A DNA stretch of 64,000 nt, taken from positions 84 through 64,083 of the forward strand of contig JAQTXA010000016.1 in assembly GCA_028689025.1 (NCBI GenBank), written 5' to 3'. The DNA comes from Aliarcobacter sp. GTDB lineage: Bacteria > Campylobacterota > Campylobacteria > Campylobacterales > Arcobacteraceae. This document shows, piece by piece, positions 1 to 10,319 of this stretch. Below the pieces are notes generated by a model. That model was given only the letters and a program-made list of their open reading frames with translations, ran no database searches and was not told the DNA's origin. Every line of letters begins with the position of its first letter. Positions within the stretch are counted from its first letter, which is position 1. The position numbers and the translations under genes are program-made.

Positions 1-21
1 ATAATCCATTAGCTTTTTTTT

Positions 22-216
22 ATGATAGAACTAAATAAAACTTATATACACTACAAAAACAATAAACCCTACACTACTATAAACTTTTGTAAAATCCAAG
101 AAAATCATATTTGGACAGAAGCTATTATCTATAAACCAAATGATTGTGAAGAACTTTTTGTGCGGACAAATAAAGAGTTTGAAGAAAAATTTAAACTTGA
201 AGTAACCAAAATGTAA
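22..216 (+). CDS. Small DUF1653-like protein
   Basis: 64 aa with YxHYK..Y, a hydrophobic xxY (IIY) and FVR..EF pattern, as in DUF1653 family proteins. Confidence 0.6.
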   Translation: MIELNKTYIHYKNNKPYTTINFCKIQENHIWTEAIIYKPNDCEELFVRTNKEFEEKFKLEVTKM

Positions 217-233
217 TCAATAGTCATTAAACT
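202..233 (+). promoter_or_regulatory. Pho-box-like direct repeat plus -10 element for pstS
   Basis: GTAAC(202-206)-N6-GTAAT(213-217)-N10-TAAACT(228-233); same geometry as the site before pstC. Confidence 0.6.
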
Positions 234-263
234 TCCATCGTAAATAAATATATGGAGAAAATA

Positions 264-1316
264 ATGACTTTCAAAAAAACATCTATGGCATTAATCGCAA
301 GTGCTTTATTAGTAACAACTTTAAGTGCAAGAGACCAAATCAAAATCGTTGGTTCATCTACTGTTTATCCTTTTTCATCTTCAGTTGCTGAAGAATTAGG
401 ATCAACTACAAAATTCCCAACACCAGTTGTTGAATCAACTGGAACAGGTGGAGGAATGAAACTATTTTGTGCAGGTGCTGATATAAATACACCTGATATT
501 GCAAATGCTTCAAGAAAAATGAAAGATAAAGAATTTAAATTATGTGAAGAAAATGGTGTAACAGACATTACTCAAGCTATTATTGGTTTTGATGGTATTG
601 CAATTGCACAAGATTCTAAAGTTGCTGGTTTTAATGTAACAAAAGCTCAATTAGCTTTAGCAGTTGCAGAAGAAGTTCCATCAAAAGACGGTAAATCTTT
701 AATTAAAAATCCTTACAAAAAATGGTCAGAAATTGATGCATCTTTACCTTCAAGAGAAATTATTGTTTATGGACCACCAAAATCATCTGGAACAAGAGAT
801 TCATTCGAAGAGTTAGTATTACAACATGTATTTGAAAAAATGTCAGTTTACACAGACTTATATAAAGCTGATGAAACTGCAAACAAAAAATATAAAGCTT
901 ATTCAGTTCTTAGAACAGATGGTGTTTATGTAGAATCTGGTGAAAATGACAACTTAATTGTTCAAAAATTAACTAAAAACCCAGCTGCAATTGGTATCTT
1001 TGGTTATTCATTCTTAGAAGAAAATAAAGATAAAGTTGCTGGATTAACAATTGATAATGTTGCACCAACAGTTGATACTATCTCTTCTGGTAAATATCCA
1101 ATTGCTAGATCTATGTATTTTTATATCAAAAATTCACATTTAAAAGAAGTACCTGCTTTAAAAGAGTATACAAATCTATTTATGTCTGAAAAAATGATTG
1201 GAAAAGATGGAATCTTAACAGAATTAGGTCTTGTTGTATTACCTGAAAATGAAAGAAATACTGCTAGAACAAAAGTTATGAATAGTGAAAAATTAACTTT
1301 AGATCAATTAAAATAA
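264..1316 (+). CDS. pstS: Phosphate ABC transporter substrate-binding protein
   Basis: Signal peptide, IVGSSTVYPF and STGTGGG motifs; GGAG SD at 254-257 favours ATG 264 over the track start at 252. Confidence 0.93.
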   Translation: MTFKKTSMALIASALLVTTLSARDQIKIVGSSTVYPFSSSVAEELGSTTKFPTPVVESTGTGGGMKLFCAGADINTPDIANASRKMKDKEFKLCEENGVTDITQAIIGFDGIAIAQDSKVAGFNVTKAQLALAVAEEVPSKDGKSLIKNPYKKWSEIDASLPSREIIVYGPPKSSGTRDSFEELVLQHVFEKMSVYTDLYKADETANKKYKAYSVLRTDGVYVESGENDNLIVQKLTKNPAAIGIFGYSFLEENKDKVAGLTIDNVAPTVDTISSGKYPIARSMYFYIKNSHLKEVPALKEYTNLFMSEKMIGKDGILTELGLVVLPENERNTARTKVMNSEKLTLDQLK

Positions 1317-1323
1317 CACTAAT

Positions 1324-1349
1324 AAAAGAGAAGTTTTTCTTCTCTTTTT
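1324..1349 (+). terminator. Intrinsic terminator after pstS (short U tract)
   Basis: AAAAGAGAAG-ttttt-CTTCTCTTTT inverted repeat. Confidence 0.7.
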
Positions 1350-1357
1350 ATAGAAGA

Positions 1358-1417
1358 TGTCATTGCTGAGTTTTTATCTGTTGCCGCGAACAAAGAGATA
1401 AAAACTTAGCAATGATA
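1358..1417 (+). other. Long intergenic hairpin (structured RNA or REP/MITE-like palindrome)
   Basis: 22-bp stem (1358-1379 with 1396-1417) containing two G-U pairs, a 4-nt bulge, a 3-bp inner stem and a GCCGCG loop. Confidence 0.65.
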
Positions 1418-1443
1418 TTAAAAAATAAAATTTAGGTTGTACT

Positions 1444-3174
1444 ATGACAAATTGGAATCAAGTTGTTGACAAATTAGATTATGCATTTCAGCCTATTATT
1501 CACTCTCACACTGGTAAAATTTATGCAGTTGAAGCTCTTATACGAAATGTTCAAAATATTCCTGGATTAAACTATATTGATGATTTATTTAACGCTGCTT
1601 TCAATGATGATTATTTATATGAATTAGACTTACAATTAAGAGAAAAAGCTATTCAAAAATTTTCTGAAATTGAAGTTGATAATTTAAGATTATTCTATAA
1701 TCTAGATAATCGAATTATTTATAATAAAAATCTCTCTGCTGGAAATACTTCAAAGATATTAAAAAAATATAAATTAAATAAAAGTGTAATCTGTTTTGAA
1801 CTCAGCGAAAAAGGTACTGCAATTGAGCAAAATGCCCTTTCAACTATGATTCAAAGATATAAAGAGAATGGTTACTCAATTGCAATTGATGATTTTGGAA
1901 TTGGAGTTTCTGGACTTAAACTTTTATATTTTAGTGAAGCTCATGTAATAAAATTAGATAGATTTTTCATTTCAAATATAGACCAAGATTCAAAGAAAAA
2001 ACTTTTTTGTTCATCAATTATTGAGATGGCTCATATTATGGGAATGCAAGTAGTTGCTGAGGGTATAGAAACTGTAAAAGAATTTTATACTTGTAAAGAC
2101 ATTGGAGCGGATTTTATACAAGGTTATTTAGTTCAAAAACCAACAGTTGATATTGAAAAAATAAAACCAATTTATAATAATATTGTAACACTGATAAATG
2201 AAGATAAAAGAAATAATCCAAATGCAACAATTGATGAAGAGTTTATAGAACCAATTATTGCCCTGAATGTAAATACCTCTTTATATGAACTTTTTGTACA
2301 CTTTAAAGAGTCGACAAAAAATAATTTTGTACCAATTGTTGATGAATATGATAATTTTTTAGGGATTATTTATGAAACTGACATTAAAAAAATATCTTAT
2401 TCCCAATATGGATTAGCCCTTGCACAAAATAAAACTTTTTCTTCTGGTTTAATAAAATATTTAAAACCTGCACTATTTGTAGAAATATCTTGGGGAATTG
2501 ATAAAATTCTGGAAATGTATAATCATAATTCTAAAGATGCGATTGGAATATTTATTACCCAATCAAATAAATATAGAGGATTTATTAATTTAAACTCTCT
2601 TTTAACTCTTTCATATAAAAGAAATATTGAAATAGCTACAAATCAAAATCCATTAACAAAATTACCTGGAAATAATCAAATAGAAAAATTTATTGAAAAA
2701 ACTTTCAGAAAAAATCAAAAAACAATTACCCATATTATCTATTTCGATTTTAACCATTTTAAACCATTTAATGATATTTATGGATTTAGACAAGGGGATA
2801 GAGCAATACTTATATTTGCTGAACTTCTTCAAAAAAGATACCCAAAAGATGCTTTTATTGCTCATATTGGTGGAGATGATTTTTTTGTTGGATTAAGGAA
2901 TCATACCTTTGATGAAGTATATAAATTAACATTTGAAGTTCAAGATGAGTTTAAAAATAGTGCTCAAAACATCTACACAAAAAAAGATAAAGAAAATGGA
3001 TTTATGCTTGCAAAAGACCGTTTTAATATGGAAAGAAAATTTGATTTATTATCTGTTTCATCTGCAATTATTGAGATAAATTCAAAATCAAATATTTCAA
3101 ATTTTGACAATACTTTAAATATTCTAAAGAAAGCATCTAAAGGCTCAAAGAAGCCTATATCTAGCGTTTTATAA
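1444..3174 (+). CDS. EAL-CBS-GGDEF c-di-GMP phosphodiesterase/diguanylate cyclase
   Basis: FQP, EAL, DDFG, EGIET and QG motifs; central CBS-like pair; FKPFND and GGDDF at the C-terminus. Confidence 0.88.
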   Translation: MTNWNQVVDKLDYAFQPIIHSHTGKIYAVEALIRNVQNIPGLNYIDDLFNAAFNDDYLYELDLQLREKAIQKFSEIEVDNLRLFYNLDNRIIYNKNLSAGNTSKILKKYKLNKSVICFELSEKGTAIEQNALSTMIQRYKENGYSIAIDDFGIGVSGLKLLYFSEAHVIKLDRFFISNIDQDSKKKLFCSSIIEMAHIMGMQVVAEGIETVKEFYTCKDIGADFIQGYLVQKPTVDIEKIKPIYNNIVTLINEDKRNNPNATIDEEFIEPIIALNVNTSLYELFVHFKESTKNNFVPIVDEYDNFLGIIYETDIKKISYSQYGLALAQNKTFSSGLIKYLKPALFVEISWGIDKILEMYNHNSKDAIGIFITQSNKYRGFINLNSLLTLSYKRNIEIATNQNPLTKLPGNNQIEKFIEKTFRKNQKTITHIIYFDFNHFKPFNDIYGFRQGDRAILIFAELLQKRYPKDAFIAHIGGDDFFVGLRNHTFDEVYKLTFEVQDEFKNSAQNIYTKKDKENGFMLAKDRFNMERKFDLLSVSSAIIEINSKSNISNFDNTLNILKKASKGSKKPISSVL

Positions 3175-3175
3175 T

Positions 3176-3209
3176 CTGTAACCATTCTGTAACCAATTTT
3201 ATTTAAAAT
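3176..3209 (+). promoter_or_regulatory. Pho-box-like direct repeat plus -10 element for pstC
   Basis: CTGTAACCA at 3176-3184 and 3187-3195 (11-bp period); TAAAAT at 3204-3209, 10 nt after the second GTAAC. Confidence 0.75.
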
Positions 3210-3240
3210 TATGTTTTAAACTAATACAAAGGCAAAAGTA

Positions 3241-4170
3241 TTGAGCACTTTTGAATCAAGAAAAAAGCAGAGAGAACTTAATGAGAAACTAATTAAATTA
3301 GCTTTAATTAGTGCCGCAGCTATCTCAATTTTAACAACTCTTGGAATTTTATTTTCAATATTATTTGAAGCTATAGAGTTTTTCAAATTAAGAAGTTTTT
3401 GGTATTTCATTACAGGAACTACATGGTCACCAGGTGTTATGGGAAGCCAATTTGGAGCTCTTCCAATTTTTGCTGGTACATTTATAATTACTATTGTTGC
3501 TCTTAGCGTAGCTATTCCTATTGGTCTTGGAAGTGCTATTTACATGAGTGAATATGCAAGTCCTAGATTAAGAGATTATGTAAAACCACTTTTAGAAATA
3601 TTAGCTGGTATTCCAACTGTTGTTTATGGTTTCTTTGCAGCAATTACAGTTGCACCTTTAGTAGTAAAAATTGCAGCATCTGTTGGTTTAGAAGCTACTT
3701 TTAACTCTGCACTTGCTTCTGGTATTGTAATGGGGATTATGATTATTCCTGTTATTTCATCACTTTCTGATGATGTTATTAGATCAGTTCCTGATTCTCA
3801 AAGAAAAGCCGCATTTGGTCTTGGAATGACACATGGGGAAACTATTAGAAATATTGTTTTACCATCTGCAATGCCAGGAATTATATCAGCTTCACTTCTT
3901 GCATTATCAAAAGCATTAGGTGAAACAATGATTGTTGTTATGGCAGCAGGTTTACGACCAAATCTATCTTGGAATCCACTTGAAGACATGACAACGGTAA
4001 CTGTAACTATTGTAAATTCTCTTGTTGGAGATTTTGAATTTAATTCACCAGAAACCCTTTCAGCATTTGCGTTAGGATTAATTTTATTTATCGTGACACT
4101 AATTTTAAATATGATTTCATTGTCACTAATTAGAAAATTTAAAGAAAAATATAAAGTGAACACATTATGA
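3241..4170 (+). CDS. pstC: Phosphate ABC transporter permease
   Basis: TTG start with AAAGG SD; GIPTVVYG and EAA-like loop; pst context. Confidence 0.93.
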   Translation: MSTFESRKKQRELNEKLIKLALISAAAISILTTLGILFSILFEAIEFFKLRSFWYFITGTTWSPGVMGSQFGALPIFAGTFIITIVALSVAIPIGLGSAIYMSEYASPRLRDYVKPLLEILAGIPTVVYGFFAAITVAPLVVKIAASVGLEATFNSALASGIVMGIMIIPVISSLSDDVIRSVPDSQRKAAFGLGMTHGETIRNIVLPSAMPGIISASLLALSKALGETMIVVMAAGLRPNLSWNPLEDMTTVTVTIVNSLVGDFEFNSPETLSAFALGLILFIVTLILNMISLSLIRKFKEKYKVNTL

Positions 4171-5354
4171 TTAAAAGAAAAAAACAAAAAGCAAACGATA
4201 ATCCTTTTTACGACCCAAATTTAAAAAAAAGACATGCCAGTGCAAATAGATTTAAAAAGTTTACTTTAACTTCATTAATCTTTTCAATTGCATTTTTAGG
4301 ATTTTTTCTATTTGATATAGTTGGAAAAGGATTACCTGCTTTCCATATTGCTTATGTTAAAGTTGATGTAACTTATAATGAAAAATCTTTAGATGATGCA
4401 AGATATGCTGTTGATAAAAAATATAGAGGCTTAGTATCAAGAGCATGGCTTAGAGATATTCCAAATCTTGTAAAAGCAAATCCATCTTTAATGAATACTA
4501 CGCAAGCAACTTGGGTTTTAGCTGATGATCAAGTGGATCAATATTTAAAAGATCACAATAACAAATTAAAAGAAAAAGAGATAACTTTAGTTGATGAATT
4601 ATATTCTCAAGGATTAATTCAAAAGAAATTCAATACAGTTTTCTTTACAAATGGTGACTCAAAAATTCCTGAATATGCAGGTATGTATTCAGCAATTATA
4701 GGTTCAGTTTTAACTTTGATTATTACAATGATTGTAGCTTTCCCAATTGGTGTAATGACAGCTATTTATCTTGAAGAGTTTGCAGGTGATAATAAATTTA
4801 CAAGATTTATTGAGATAAATATTAATAATCTTGCAGCAATTCCATCTATTTTATTTGGTCTTTTAGGACTTGCAATATTTATTAATCTATTTGGAATGCC
4901 AAGATCTTCTCCATTAGTTGGAGGATTAACTCTTGCACTTATGACATTACCAATTATAATAGTAAGTTCACGTGCAGCTTTAAGAGCTGTTCCTGATAAT
5001 ATCAGACAAGCTGGATATGGTTTAGGACTTAATAAAATTCAGGTTACGAAAGACCACGTTTTACCTTTAGCATTTCCAGGTGTATTAACAGGTTCAATCA
5101 TTGGTTTAGCACATGCTATGGGAGAAACAGCTCCTTTAATTATCATAGGAATGATTGCATTTATTCCTGATGCTCCGACAATGGTTACACAAGCAGCAAC
5201 TGTTATGCCAGCACAATTATTTACATGGGCTGGAATGCCTGAGGGTATGTATATAGAAAAAACAGCCGCAGGGATTATGGTGTTATTAACAATATTAATT
5301 TCACTAAATACAATAGCTATCTATTTAAGAAAAAAATTCGAAGTTAAATGGTAA
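4167..5354 (+). CDS. pstA: Phosphate ABC transporter permease
   Basis: [11 protein letters not shown] and GETAPL motifs; ATGA overlap with pstC. Confidence 0.93.
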   Translation: MIKRKKQKANDNPFYDPNLKKRHASANRFKKFTLTSLIFSIAFLGFFLFDIVGKGLPAFHIAYVKVDVTYNEKSLDDARYAVDKKYRGLVSRAWLRDIPNLVKANPSLMNTTQATWVLADDQVDQYLKDHNNKLKEKEITLVDELYSQGLIQKKFNTVFFTNGDSKIPEYAGMYSAIIGSVLTLIITMIVAFPIGVMTAIYLEEFAGDNKFTRFIEININNLAAIPSILFGLLGLAIFINLFGMPRSSPLVGGLTLALMTLPIIIVSSRAALRAVPDNIRQAGYGLGLNKIQVTKDHVLPLAFPGVLTGSIIGLAHAMGETAPLIIIGMIAFIPDAPTMVTQAATVMPAQLFTWAGMPEGMYIEKTAAGIMVLLTILISLNTIAIYLRKKFEVKW

Positions 5355-5367
5355 AAGGGAAATTATT

Positions 5368-6141
5368 ATGATAAAAAATGACAATAAAATTAAAATTGAT
5401 GTAAAAAATTTAAATTTATATTATGGAATAAATCAAGCACTTTTTGATATTACAGCAGATTTATATGAAAATAAAATCACAGCACTAATTGGACCATCAG
5501 GTTGTGGAAAATCAACATTTTTAAGATGTATCAATAGAATGAATGATTTAATCCCAATAGTAAAAATTGACGGTTCAATCATCATTGACAGTAAAAACAT
5601 TTATGACAGAGATGTTGATGAAGTAAGTGTTAGAAAAAAAATTGGAATGGTATTTCAACAACCAAATCCATTTCCAAAATCTATCTATGACAATGTAGCT
5701 TACGCTCCACTAAAACATGGAATTGTTAGAAAAGGAAAAGAGTGTGATGAACTTGTTGAAACATCTTTAATAAAATCTGGACTTTGGAATGAAGTTAAAG
5801 ATAAATTAAATGCACCAGGAACTTCACTTTCAGGAGGTCAGCAACAAAGACTTTGTATTGCTAGAACTATAGCAATCAAACCAGAAGTTATTTTAATGGA
5901 TGAACCTACATCAGCCCTTGACCCAATTAGTACAGAAAAAATTGAAGCTTTAATGCTTGAATTAAAACAAGATTACACAATTATCACTGTAACTCATAAT
6001 ATGCAACAAGCAGCTCGGGTTGCAGATTACACAGCATTTTTCCACTTAGGAAAATTAATTGAATATGATGAAACAGAAACTATTTTTGTTAATCCACACA
6101 ATAAAAAAACAGAAGATTATATTACAGGGAGATTCGGATAA
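5368..6141 (+). CDS. pstB: Phosphate ABC transporter ATPase
   Basis: [26 protein letters not shown] and the terminal [10 protein letters not shown] motif. Confidence 0.96.
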   Translation: MIKNDNKIKIDVKNLNLYYGINQALFDITADLYENKITALIGPSGCGKSTFLRCINRMNDLIPIVKIDGSIIIDSKNIYDRDVDEVSVRKKIGMVFQQPNPFPKSIYDNVAYAPLKHGIVRKGKECDELVETSLIKSGLWNEVKDKLNAPGTSLSGGQQQRLCIARTIAIKPEVILMDEPTSALDPISTEKIEALMLELKQDYTIITVTHNMQQAARVADYTAFFHLGKLIEYDETETIFVNPHNKKTEDYITGRFG

Positions 6142-6809
6142 TGTTAAAACCTTACGAAATAAAATTACAAAGTATAAAAGATGAAATAACAAAAATTGGT
6201 GTTGATGTTGTTGATTCATTGGAATTATCTTTAAGAGCTTTAGAAGATAAAAAAATTGATGATTTAAAAAATGTTTTAATAACTGAAAAAAAACTACTAT
6301 TAAGATCAAATGAGATTGATAATATTATAGTTACAACTTTAGCTTTATATTCACCAGAAGCAAAAGATTTAAGACAGTTAGTTTCATTTTTAAAAATCAC
6401 AAATGAATTAGTAAGAACTGGTTCAAATGCAAAAGATTTTGCAAAAATGTTTAAAAAATCTTATTCAGATGATTTAAATACAAGTATGATTTTGGAGTAT
6501 GCAATTCCATTATTAAGATCAGCCCTACTTTCACTTCAAACATCTATTTCAATATTAGATGAAACAAATGCAAAACATATTGAAGAGAAATATCACAGAG
6601 TTGTAGTTGAAGAGAGTAAAACTGATGATTTATATTTAATGATAGAAAAAAATATTCTAAAATTAATATCTAAAAATCTTGATTTATCAAAAGAGTATTT
6701 TGATATATTAAGTGCCCTAAGAAGACTTGAGAAAATAGCTGATAGAGCTGTCTCAATCGCTAATTTATTGCACTTTGCTCAAGTTGGTGGAGATATAGTA
6801 CAATCATAA
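6141..6809 (+). CDS. phoU: Phosphate signalling protein PhoU
   Basis: Helical repeats with ELVR and DDL...LEKIADRAV motifs, directly after pstB. Confidence 0.85.
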   Translation: MLKPYEIKLQSIKDEITKIGVDVVDSLELSLRALEDKKIDDLKNVLITEKKLLLRSNEIDNIIVTTLALYSPEAKDLRQLVSFLKITNELVRTGSNAKDFAKMFKKSYSDDLNTSMILEYAIPLLRSALLSLQTSISILDETNAKHIEEKYHRVVVEESKTDDLYLMIEKNILKLISKNLDLSKEYFDILSALRRLEKIADRAVSIANLLHFAQVGGDIVQS

Positions 6810-6815
6810 TATTTA

Positions 6816-6824
6816 TGATATACT
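6816..6824 (+). promoter_or_regulatory. Extended -10 element (TGATATACT), probable leaderless promoter for psiE
   Basis: TGnTATAcT ends 6 nt before ATG 6831; no SD present. Confidence 0.5.
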
Positions 6825-6830
6825 TTTTGA

Positions 6831-7280
6831 ATGAAAAAAGCTATAAATAAAATAAAAAACTACTTTAGTACCAACTTTGAAGTCCTTGCGGCAGTGATTA
6901 TTTTGATAATAGTTATAATTGCTGGCATAGACTTTTACAAAGCAATTATCTTAATGTTAGAGTTTATTGTAATCATGGAAGTTGTGAAAATGATTTCTGA
7001 TTTCATCAAAAAAGAGACTTTAAGATTAAGATATGTTATTGATATTTTTATCATTTTTTTAATCCGTGACGTAATTATTTTAACTACAAATAAAAATAGA
7101 GATTACTTTGATATTTCATTTTTATTATTTGTAATTTTTGTGTTTTTTGTGTTTAGGATTTTAGCTATAAAATTCTCACCAGGTATTATAAAAATCTCAA
7201 AAGATACAGTAATTGAGTACGATGATGAAAGACCAAATAAAAAAGTTACAACTACAAAAGAGTCAAATTCAGATGAATAA
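6831..7280 (+). CDS. PsiE-family (phosphate-starvation-inducible) membrane protein
   Basis: Four TM segments with E..K...D and RY..D..II...R.V.I motif; pst/pho context. Confidence 0.7.
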   Translation: MKKAINKIKNYFSTNFEVLAAVIILIIVIIAGIDFYKAIILMLEFIVIMEVVKMISDFIKKETLRLRYVIDIFIIFLIRDVIILTTNKNRDYFDISFLLFVIFVFFVFRILAIKFSPGIIKISKDTVIEYDDERPNKKVTTTKESNSDE

Positions 7281-7947
7281 TAAACTAATTTTAATAGTAG
7301 AAGATGAAGAAGATATTTTAGAACTACTTGAATATAATCTTCAAAAAGAGGGTTATGAAACAGCAGGTTTTTTAACAATTGATAAAAATGTGCGAAATAT
7401 TTTAAATGAAGAACAAGTTGATTTAATTATTATGGATAGAAATCTTCCTGGAATTGAAGGAACAACATTCATCAATGAGATTAAACAACAAGGCTATATA
7501 AATCCTGTTATTTACGTAACTGCAAAAGATAGGGATGAAGATATTATTGAAGGTTTTGATAGTCATGCTGATGATTATATTACTAAACCATTTAATGTAA
7601 AAGAGTTATGTGCAAGGGTAAAAGCTGTTATTAAAAGAACTTCAAAAGATATTGATATTTTAAAAATAAAAGATATTGTATATAAAGCCTCAAATAAAAA
7701 GTTTTATATAGATGATGTTGAAATGGATTTAACTCACCTTGAACATGACTTATTACTTGAATTTGTTAAAAATAAAGATATTTTGATGACTCGAGAGCAT
7801 TTATTAAATAGTGTTTGGCAAGACTCTTTTGAGAAAAAAGAGAAAACTGTAAATGTTGCAATAAAAAGATTAAAAGCTAAAATTGACCCTAATGGAGAAA
7901 AAGATTACATTCGTTCAATTAGAGGTGAAGGCTACATTTTTTGTTAA
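7273..7947 (+). CDS. phoB: OmpR-family response regulator, probable PhoB
   Basis: REC (EDE, IMD, T, K) plus winged helix ending IRSIRGEGY; ATG 7273 is the likely start; PhoB identity is inferred from context. Confidence 0.75.
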   Translation: MNNKLILIVEDEEDILELLEYNLQKEGYETAGFLTIDKNVRNILNEEQVDLIIMDRNLPGIEGTTFINEIKQQGYINPVIYVTAKDRDEDIIEGFDSHADDYITKPFNVKELCARVKAVIKRTSKDIDILKIKDIVYKASNKKFYIDDVEMDLTHLEHDLLLEFVKNKDILMTREHLLNSVWQDSFEKKEKTVNVAIKRLKAKIDPNGEKDYIRSIRGEGYIFC

Positions 7948-9326
7948 AAATTCATCAACTTTTCCTCAGAACCTATATTACAATTTTTCTTGCTATTCTT
8001 ATTAGTTTAAGTATTATTACTTACTTTTGGTCTAAAAATATTTATATTAATCAAATTGAAAAAAATCTTCTTCAAAATATTGATACCTTATCAATTGTTT
8101 TTAAAAATAAAAATGGCTTAGATAATATAAGCCAAATTGTACATGATTTACATGAAAAATTAAATCTAAGAATCACAATAATAGATGAAACAGGTGTAGT
8201 AATTGCTGATAGTGATAAAGAGCTCTCATTAATAAAAAATCATTTAAACAGAAAAGAGATTATTGAAGCTAAAAATAATAATATAGGAAAAGACACTAGA
8301 AAGTCAGAGACTATTGATAAAGAACTATTATATATTGCAAAAAAAATTGTAATTGCAGATAATGTTTATTACATAAGGATGGCTGATTATATTACTAATA
8401 TAACAGACAATTTTATGGGACTTACTTTAGAAATATTTCTATTCATTACATTCTTTTTAGTTGTTGCTTTTTTAGCAACCTATTTCATTAGTATTAGAAT
8501 AAAAAAAGAGACAGATGATATTCTTCATTTTTTAACACTTTTAGCCCACAAAAAACCATCTTTTAATCTTGATTCAAAATATACCTATGAATTTAACAAA
8601 ATAACAAAACTATTAAATAAAGTTGCCATTAAGCTCTCAAAAAGAGAAAAACAAAAAGCTAAACAAAATGCTAAATTAAAACTTGCAAATAGACAAAAAG
8701 ATGAGATTATTTCTGCTATTTCCCATGAATTTAAAAATCCAATTGCAATTATCTCAGGATACAGTGAAACAATTTTAAATGATGAACAAATGCCTCAAGC
8801 CATGAAAACAAAATTCCTGAAAAAAATATATTCAAATTCAAATAAAATGTCACATATTATTGATAAACTCCGACTTACTCTAAAACTGGAAGAAGGGAAA
8901 CAAGAACTTCTCCTTGCGCCTTGTTCTATGAAAAAACTAATTGAAACTTGTATTTGTGATTTGAAAGATAAATATAAAAATAGAGAAATAAACATAGAAG
9001 GTATTGATGTTACTCTAAAAGTTGATGAGACCCTAATATCTATGGCTATTTCTAATCTAATTGAGAATTCTTTAAAATACTCAGAAGATGAAATTATTGT
9101 GAATATTTCGGATAATTCTATTTGTATCATTGATAAAGGTATAGGAATAGAAGAAAAAGAGTTAGAAAAAATCAATCAGAAATTTTATAGAATTTCAAAT
9201 AATGGTTGGAACAATTCCCTAGGACTTGGACTTTTTATTGTTCAATCAGTACTATCTTTACATAATTTTTCCCTTGAAATTCATTCAGAATTTAAAAAAG
9301 GTTCTCAATTTTGTATAAAATATTAA
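7941..9326 (+). CDS. phoR: Sensor histidine kinase, probable PhoR
   Basis: Two TM helices; SHEFKNP H-box and N, G1, F, G2 boxes; PhoR identity is inferred from context. Confidence 0.75.
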   Translation: MLKIHQLFLRTYITIFLAILISLSIITYFWSKNIYINQIEKNLLQNIDTLSIVFKNKNGLDNISQIVHDLHEKLNLRITIIDETGVVIADSDKELSLIKNHLNRKEIIEAKNNNIGKDTRKSETIDKELLYIAKKIVIADNVYYIRMADYITNITDNFMGLTLEIFLFITFFLVVAFLATYFISIRIKKETDDILHFLTLLAHKKPSFNLDSKYTYEFNKITKLLNKVAIKLSKREKQKAKQNAKLKLANRQKDEIISAISHEFKNPIAIISGYSETILNDEQMPQAMKTKFLKKIYSNSNKMSHIIDKLRLTLKLEEGKQELLLAPCSMKKLIETCICDLKDKYKNREINIEGIDVTLKVDETLISMAISNLIENSLKYSEDEIIVNISDNSICIIDKGIGIEEKELEKINQKFYRISNNGWNNSLGLGLFIVQSVLSLHNFSLEIHSEFKKGSQFCIKY

Positions 9327-9401
9327 TTTACACTTAATTTAAGCAAACCATAAGTATTTCTACACTATGATTCCACCTCATTAAAAAAGCGGAGAAAATA
9401 A

Positions 9402-9821
9402 ATGAAATTTACTCAAATGGCACATGCTAACGAAATCGAAAGAGATTGGATAGTAGTTGATGCAACTGATAAAGTATTCGGAAGAATTATTACAGAAGTT
9501 GCTACTATCTTAAGAGGGAAAAACAAACCTTGTTTTACACCAAATGTAGACTGCGGAGATTTTGTTGTTATTATAAATGCATCAAAAGCAAGATTTTCTG
9601 GTAAAAAATTAGAAAGTAAAAATTACTTTACACACTCAGGTTATTTTGGTAGTACAAAAACTCACAAAATGTCTGAAATGTTTGAAAAAAATCCAGAAAA
9701 ATTATACAAACTAGCTACTAGAGGTATGCTTCCAAAAACTACTCTTGGAAAAGCTATGTTAAAAAAATTAAAAGTATATGCAGGAAGTGAACACCCTCAT
9801 ACTGCGCAAATTAAAGGATAA
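9402..9821 (+). CDS. rplM: 50S ribosomal protein L13
   Basis: [15 protein letters not shown] and HSGYFG..RGMLPK motifs. Confidence 0.98.
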   Translation: MKFTQMAHANEIERDWIVVDATDKVFGRIITEVATILRGKNKPCFTPNVDCGDFVVIINASKARFSGKKLESKNYFTHSGYFGSTKTHKMSEMFEKNPEKLYKLATRGMLPKTTLGKAMLKKLKVYAGSEHPHTAQIKG

Positions 9822-9826
9822 GAGTA

Positions 9827-10216
9827 ATGGCAAAAGTATATGCAACTGGAAGAAGAAAAACAGCTGTAGCTAAAGTATGGCTAGAAAATGGTAATGGTCA
9901 ATTAACAATTAATGGTCAAACTTTAGATGCTTGGTTAGGTGGTCACGAATCAATCAAAAAAAGAGTTATGCAACCATTAAATGTTGCTAAACAAGAAACT
10001 TCTGTAAACATTGTAGTAAAAACTCTTGGTGGTGGATATTCTGCACAAGCTGATGCTGCAAGACACGGAATTTCAAGAGCATTAGTTGCTTTTGATGAGC
10101 AATTCAGAGCTATCTTAAAACCTTTTGGTTTATTAACAAGAGATTCAAGATCTGTTGAAAGAAAAAAATTCGGAAAGAAAAAAGCAAGAAAATCTTCTCA
10201 ATTCTCAAAAAGATAA
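9827..10216 (+). CDS. rpsI: 30S ribosomal protein S9
   Basis: [12 protein letters not shown] and [19 protein letters not shown]. Confidence 0.98.
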   Translation: MAKVYATGRRKTAVAKVWLENGNGQLTINGQTLDAWLGGHESIKKRVMQPLNVAKQETSVNIVVKTLGGGYSAQADAARHGISRALVAFDEQFRAILKPFGLLTRDSRSVERKKFGKKKARKSSQFSKR

Positions 10217-10252
10217 TTGGAGTTTTCGAAGAGTATATTTCTTACTGTTCTC

Positions 10253-10284
10253 AAAAAGGAGCGACGAAAGTTGCTCCTTTTTTT
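10253..10284 (+). terminator. Intrinsic terminator of rplM-rpsI
   Basis: AAAAAGGAGCGAC-GAAA-GTTGCTCCTTTTT followed by further T residues. Confidence 0.9.
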
Positions 10285-10319
10285 ATGCACTTTTTTATAA
10301 AAAAACTATACAATACCCC

